A stretch of 38,740 nt of DNA, from positions 1-38,740 of IMG/VR virus record IMGVR_UViG_3300031460_000089; one strand, given 5' to 3'. Position numbers and translations under genes: made by a program. Position 1 is the stretch's first letter, and each line of letters begins with the position of its first letter. Source of the stretch: a virus (Duplodnaviria; Caudoviricetes). Under the pieces are notes generated by a model. That model worked only from the letters and a program-made list of their open reading frames with translations. It was not told the DNA's origin and ran no database searches. Positions 34,978 through 38,740 of the stretch are shown one piece after another.

Positions 34978-35297
34978 TCCTCCGGCCCGGAGCCAATTAC
35001 GTGAAGACCGGCACCGGGCCGGTCACCGCCGTCCTCCCGCCGGGGCAACCCGTGGGCACCATCATCACCGTCCAGAAGGCAGACGAATCCGACTACGCCA
35101 TCACAGTCTTCGGCAACGTCAAAGGCGCCTACGCCGGGCTGCCGCTCCTGCATCAGTCCTCGGATGCGCTGCAGTTCAAGGCCGCCGCTGACGGGTCGTG
35201 GTGGCCGGTCACCAACGACCCGAACCAAAGCAGCGCGGGCTCCGCGGCATTCACCCCCGACACGGCCCATCCCGGCCTCTACATATTAGGAGCCTGA
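34974..35297 (+). CDS. Small putative tail-appendage protein, 107 aa
   Basis: ATGA overlap; C-terminal TPDTAHPGLY motif shared with 29936-30856. Confidence 0.7.
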   Translation: MILRPGANYVKTGTGPVTAVLPPGQPVGTIITVQKADESDYAITVFGNVKGAYAGLPLLHQSSDALQFKAAADGSWWPVTNDPNQSSAGSAAFTPDTAHPGLYILGA

Positions 35298-35301
35298 CCC
35301 C

Positions 35302-37098
35302 ATGGCCGTTGAATTCGTCACGGTGAACGGCACAACATCACCTCCCTTCCAGCTCCCCGCGGTTGTCCTGACGGCACTCGAAACAGTTCTCGCACCCTTG
35401 GCCTCCCCGACCCTCACCGGGACCGTCACCGTGCCGACGCCGACAGCCGCGGGGGCCGCCGCGACGAAGGGTTACGTCGACTCGTCCAAACTCGTCTACA
35501 ACGTCAAGGACTACGGCGCGGTCGGTGACGGCACCGCAGATGACACAGCAGCCATCCAGGCCGCCATCAACGCGGCCGCTGCCGGCTACAAGGGGCAAGT
35601 ATGGGTGCCACCTGGGACATACCTCCACACCGGCGTGACGATCCCCTCGGATGGCGTCTCGATCGTCGGCGTCGGTCCGAACGTCTCAATCCTGCGGTGC
35701 AACCACGCAACCAACGACATGATCACAGCCACGGGCGTGTCATTCGTGCAACTTCGACACCTGCAACTAGAGTCGACCAGCGCCAGCCGCACCGCTGGTT
35801 CTCACTTGAAATTCACGAACGTCCTCCAGTACCTGCTGGACGATATTCGGTTCTTGGGCGGCCCAACATTCGGAACATTCAACGGCTGCCAGATCGGCTA
35901 CGTCTCTCGTATCCGCTGGGCAGCCTACGTCACTCCGCTACTGGATTTGTTCTACTGGGTCGGCTGCACCTCCACCTACTTGGATAGCGTGATTGGCAGC
36001 CTCGGGAATATGGTGGTCCCTACGGGGCATGCCGTCTATCACTTTGATTCCAATTGCGACACGATCCGGGCGACGTTGGTGGGCACCGCTCAGGGGCTCA
36101 GCGGTGGCGGGGTCAGCTTGTGGTTCTCCAACACACAGGCCAACTCGTTCGCACCTCGTTGGGTTTTCCTGTCCGACTGCTACTTCGAGGCCGGCGCCCC
36201 CGGCGACGTGAACGGCACACCATCCGTCGTCATCGACAACACGCTCGCCTTCCGCGCCACGAACCTCTACGTCGCATCCGCTATTCAAGGCATCGTCATC
36301 AACGGCGGAAGCGACATGCGATTCGTCAACGCCATGGTGCTGAACCATTCGCAGGAAGGGTTCAGGATCAACGGCGGCGACCTGATCAGTATCACGCAAA
36401 GCACAATCTCCGATACCTCCCAGGCCACCACCAACACCTACTCAGGTATCTACATCGGCGCAGCAGCAGGGCGGGTGGCCATCTCCGACAGCTACATCGG
36501 GGACAAACTCATCGGCGCAGCCAACAAGATGAAATACGGGATCGAGAATAACGCGCCGGTCGTCACGCAGCGCGGCAACACCTTCGAGCACCAAGCCACC
36601 GGCGCAATAGGTGGCATCGGAGGGACCGCCGCATTCCGGGACAACGCCGGGAACAGCGCCCTCGAATTCACCGGTGCCGGGTCCGTGCAAATCAACAAGC
36701 CCACCGTGTGGGCCTTTGCGAACGGCGGGAACTCCGATGCTTTCTGGATGCTGGGAAGTACGGGCGGCGCCTACCGGTTCTTCAATGTCGGCGGGTCCGC
36801 CGAATTGGCGCGCATCAGCCAGGACGGCGCGCTGTCGCTGTTCAGCACAGCCGCCACCCCCGCCGCCATCGCCGGGCAGGCCCGGTTCTTCTCCTCCGGC
36901 GGTATCCCGAAGGTTGTCACCGGAGCCGGCGCGGTCATCGACCTGTCGGTTGCCAGTGCAGCGGCCAAGTTCGCGACAGCGGCCAGGCCATCAGCGGCGA
37001 CCGCGGGTGCCGGCGCCTCGATCTACGACACCACGCTGTCCAAGCCGGTCTGGTCTGACGGCACCGCATGGCGGGACGCAACTGGCGCTGCCGTCTAG
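35302..37098 (+). CDS. Tailspike / depolymerase with right-handed beta-helix (pectate-lyase-like)
   Basis: YNVKDYGAVGDGTADDTAAIQAAINAA...VWVPPGTY, repetitive beta-strand pattern, C-terminal YDTTLSKPVWSDGTAWRDATG. Confidence 0.88.
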   Translation: MAVEFVTVNGTTSPPFQLPAVVLTALETVLAPLASPTLTGTVTVPTPTAAGAAATKGYVDSSKLVYNVKDYGAVGDGTADDTAAIQAAINAAAAGYKGQVWVPPGTYLHTGVTIPSDGVSIVGVGPNVSILRCNHATNDMITATGVSFVQLRHLQLESTSASRTAGSHLKFTNVLQYLLDDIRFLGGPTFGTFNGCQIGYVSRIRWAAYVTPLLDLFYWVGCTSTYLDSVIGSLGNMVVPTGHAVYHFDSNCDTIRATLVGTAQGLSGGGVSLWFSNTQANSFAPRWVFLSDCYFEAGAPGDVNGTPSVVIDNTLAFRATNLYVASAIQGIVINGGSDMRFVNAMVLNHSQEGFRINGGDLISITQSTISDTSQATTNTYSGIYIGAAAGRVAISDSYIGDKLIGAANKMKYGIENNAPVVTQRGNTFEHQATGAIGGIGGTAAFRDNAGNSALEFTGAGSVQINKPTVWAFANGGNSDAFWMLGSTGGAYRFFNVGGSAELARISQDGALSLFSTAATPAAIAGQARFFSSGGIPKVVTGAGAVIDLSVASAAAKFATAARPSAATAGAGASIYDTTLSKPVWSDGTAWRDATGAAV

Positions 37099-37141
37099 CG
37101 CGTCCGGCTGGCCACCGAACGACGGTGCCACGCCGGTGCCC

Positions 37142-37183
37142 GCCCCCCGTCACCCTCGGTGGCGGGGGGCTCTTTTGCGTTTT
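37142..37183 (+). terminator. Intrinsic terminator ending the late operon
   Basis: GCCCCCCGTCACC-CTC-GGTGGCGGGGGGC followed by TCTTTTGCGTTTT, between convergent genes. Confidence 0.85.
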
Positions 37184-37667
37184 AGCCCCACTGCCCGATG
37201 GTCGTGCACACCTTTTGCACCGCCGCGTATTTCACGAACAGATCTTTCACGTCAGCATTTGTGATGGCCGACATGTCAGCAAAGGTCTCGACCGTGGCGT
37301 TCAGAGCGTTCACCGCGGTGGCCACCTCGTGGCCAGCCGATCCGCTGGTGATGTTGAGCTTGGCGTAGTCGTTCACCGGCTGGTAGTAGGTCAGCGGGTT
37401 GGTTGTCTTTTGGTCAAGCTCGTGCAGCTGGAGAATCAGGCCCGATTCGAACCCGTTTCTGACGGCGTGACAGACCGCGCTGTCAGCGGGGTTGGCAGCT
37501 GAACTGGAAACGGAACTGGCAGGTGCAGCCGCGGTTACCGTGGAAACTTCGGTTCGGGTCGCTGTTCTCGTGACGGTCATGGTCGTTGGAGCGGCAGCCT
37601 GAGTGCTGCCACACGCAACCAATCCCGCTGCCATGAGAACGAGGGCTGCACTGCGTAGAACTGTCAT
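37182..37667 (-). CDS. Lipoprotein, candidate lysogenic-conversion or superinfection-exclusion factor
   Basis: Signal peptide with lipobox LVAC, Thr/Ser/Ala linker, helical domain with two Cys; GAAGGA RBS; downstream of int. Confidence 0.8.
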   Translation of the reverse strand: MTVLRSAALVLMAAGLVACGSTQAAAPTTMTVTRTATRTEVSTVTAAAPASSVSSSAANPADSAVCHAVRNGFESGLILQLHELDQKTTNPLTYYQPVNDYAKLNITSGSAGHEVATAVNALNATVETFADMSAITNADVKDLFVKYAAVQKVCTTIGQWG

Positions 37668-37720
37668 CGTGATCCTTCAGTCGGGAGACTGCAGTATGAG
37701 CCACGAACGCCGTCAGTGCG

Positions 37721-38542
37721 CTAGCTCGTCTCCGGGAGACCGGCGTCCCACGCACCAACGGCATGGCGCGCTGTCTCCGAGTTCGGCTTCACATAGATGG
37801 CGGTGCTCGTCGGGGACGCGTGACCCATCTGTTCCTGCACCAGGCGGATGTCGGAACTAACCCGGTAGAGCCCAGTGCCGTAGGTGTGCCGCAAGCTGTG
37901 GCAGGTCCATGGCATGTCCAACTCCCGGAAGTGGACCGATATCAGTTGGGTCACCCTGATCGGCTTCACCTCCCACAGCCGGCCCTTGAGCCGCATGAAC
38001 GGTTTAAGCCGAGAGACCAGGCCGCCACCAATCAGCACCGTCCGGTCACGGCCGCCCTTGCCGTCCCGCACCTCGATCAGCATCTGGTCCAGATCGACGT
38101 CCTCCGCGCGGAGCCGGGCGATCTCACCAGCCCGCAAACCTGAGAACGCTGCGAGCGCCAGCCACGTCTGAATACGCGGTCGACCAGCTAGGATCGCAGT
38201 CATCACGTCTTTGATTGGTGCGGGCCGTGGCCTCCCCACCGGGGCCTTCACTACCTGGACGGCTTCGCGCATCGTGTGATCGCATGCACGACCCATCCGG
38301 CACCATTCGAGAAACGCCCGCAGTTCCCGCGCGTAGACGAACCGTGTCCATTGGTGCCGCTGCATGGTGCGGACCTGCCATGCGGACAGCTCCTCTGGTC
38401 GGCAGGTGAGGATCGGCTTCTGTAGGTCTCTGGTGATCGATGTTAAGGCGCTGACCCTGGTCCGAATGGTGTCCGGCCGAAGCCCCTTCACCCGCATGCT
38501 GTTTGCGTAGTCGGCAATCTCGTTGCCTGAGGTATTTAGCAT
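37721..38542 (-). CDS. int: Tyrosine integrase, short form without an obvious arm-binding domain, 273 aa
   Basis: GLRAGE (R), DGKGG (K), HSLRH, MGH and AIY catalytic set; ATG 38542 preferred because the longer ORF crosses attR. Confidence 0.93.
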   Translation of the reverse strand: MLNTSGNEIADYANSMRVKGLRPDTIRTRVSALTSITRDLQKPILTCRPEELSAWQVRTMQRHQWTRFVYARELRAFLEWCRMGRACDHTMREAVQVVKAPVGRPRPAPIKDVMTAILAGRPRIQTWLALAAFSGLRAGEIARLRAEDVDLDQMLIEVRDGKGGRDRTVLIGGGLVSRLKPFMRLKGRLWEVKPIRVTQLISVHFRELDMPWTCHSLRHTYGTGLYRVSSDIRLVQEQMGHASPTSTAIYVKPNSETARHAVGAWDAGLPETS

Positions 38543-38586
38543 GGGGCTAGTGTGGGGTATATCACTCGACTGGCCTAGCCCCGTGA

Positions 38587-38643
38587 TCAAGCTGCAACCT
38601 TCGCAGTTACCAAGCCGCCTCTGACCTGCATGTTTGCTAGATA
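38587..38643 (-). other. Detached 3' end of the repressor gene (YLANMQVRGGLVTAKVAA*)
   Basis: In frame with the repressor once the two att cores are joined. Confidence 0.85.
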
Positions 38644-38655
38644 CCGGCCAGTAGC
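38642..38655 (+). repeat. Putative attR core TACCGGCCAGTAGC
   Basis: Identical to 2-15; 100 bp upstream of the int start. Confidence 0.85.
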
Positions 38656-38740
38656 CTTTGCCGGTAACATGCTGGAACCGGCATTCGTGCCGCCGCCCCG
38701 GCCCGCGTTTCACGCGTTTCACCTTCCCGCGGACGAGCGA

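Larger units (their letters stand above)
2..38655. mobile_element. Integrated temperate siphovirus prophage (actinobacteriophage-like); excised circle would be 38640 bp
   Basis: Complete set of immunity, recombination, packaging, head, tail, lysis and integrase genes between two identical 14-bp direct repeats. Confidence 0.92.

Noticed and set aside
32260-37098. Diversity-generating retroelement or invertible tail-fibre cassette
   Set aside because: No reverse transcriptase or invertase gene, and no template/variable repeat pair seen.
37721-37745. ssrA-like degron on the integrase
   Set aside because: The C-terminus is ...DAGLPETS, not an AA-type tag.
38543-38722. 60-aa N-terminal extension of the integrase in the ORF track
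   Set aside because: It crosses attR into probable host DNA and does not resemble an integrase domain; ATG 38542 is preferred.
38704-38722. CGCGTTTCA tandem repeat
   Set aside because: Two copies only, outside attR, no supportable function.

Overview
A near-complete, GC-rich temperate siphovirus prophage of actinobacterial type (about 38.6 kb). It is bounded by a 14-bp direct repeat TACCGGCCAGTAGC at 2-15 and 38642-38655, inferred to be attL/attR, with about 85 bp of probable host DNA on the right. Gene order: immunity switch (XRE repressor, divergent Cro/Xis-like gene); early genes (HNH, YqaJ exonuclease + RecT, small Zn-finger proteins, RusA, HNH, replication initiator with a candidate origin); putative late regulator with a promoter-terminator leader; terminase, portal, head, neck and tail genes (tail chaperone with -1 frameshift, 2346-aa tape measure protein with muralytic domains); lysis genes; beta-helix tailspike; lipoprotein; tyrosine integrase. 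Main result: the att core lies inside the repressor 3' end. Joining the two repeats turns the prophage stop TAA into TAT and adds an 18-aa tail ending in ssrA-like ...KVAA, the signature of integration-dependent immunity, here at a site with no visible tRNA gene. Other notable items: a tRNA-Leu(CAA)-like RNA with an enlarged, hairpin-containing D-loop abutting terL; a cell-wall hydrolase cassette in the head operon; an antisense two-gene insert between the terminase genes; a decapitated HNH-like remnant; and a shared promoter/hairpin leader ahead of HNH genes. All calls come from manual reading; no database searches were run.
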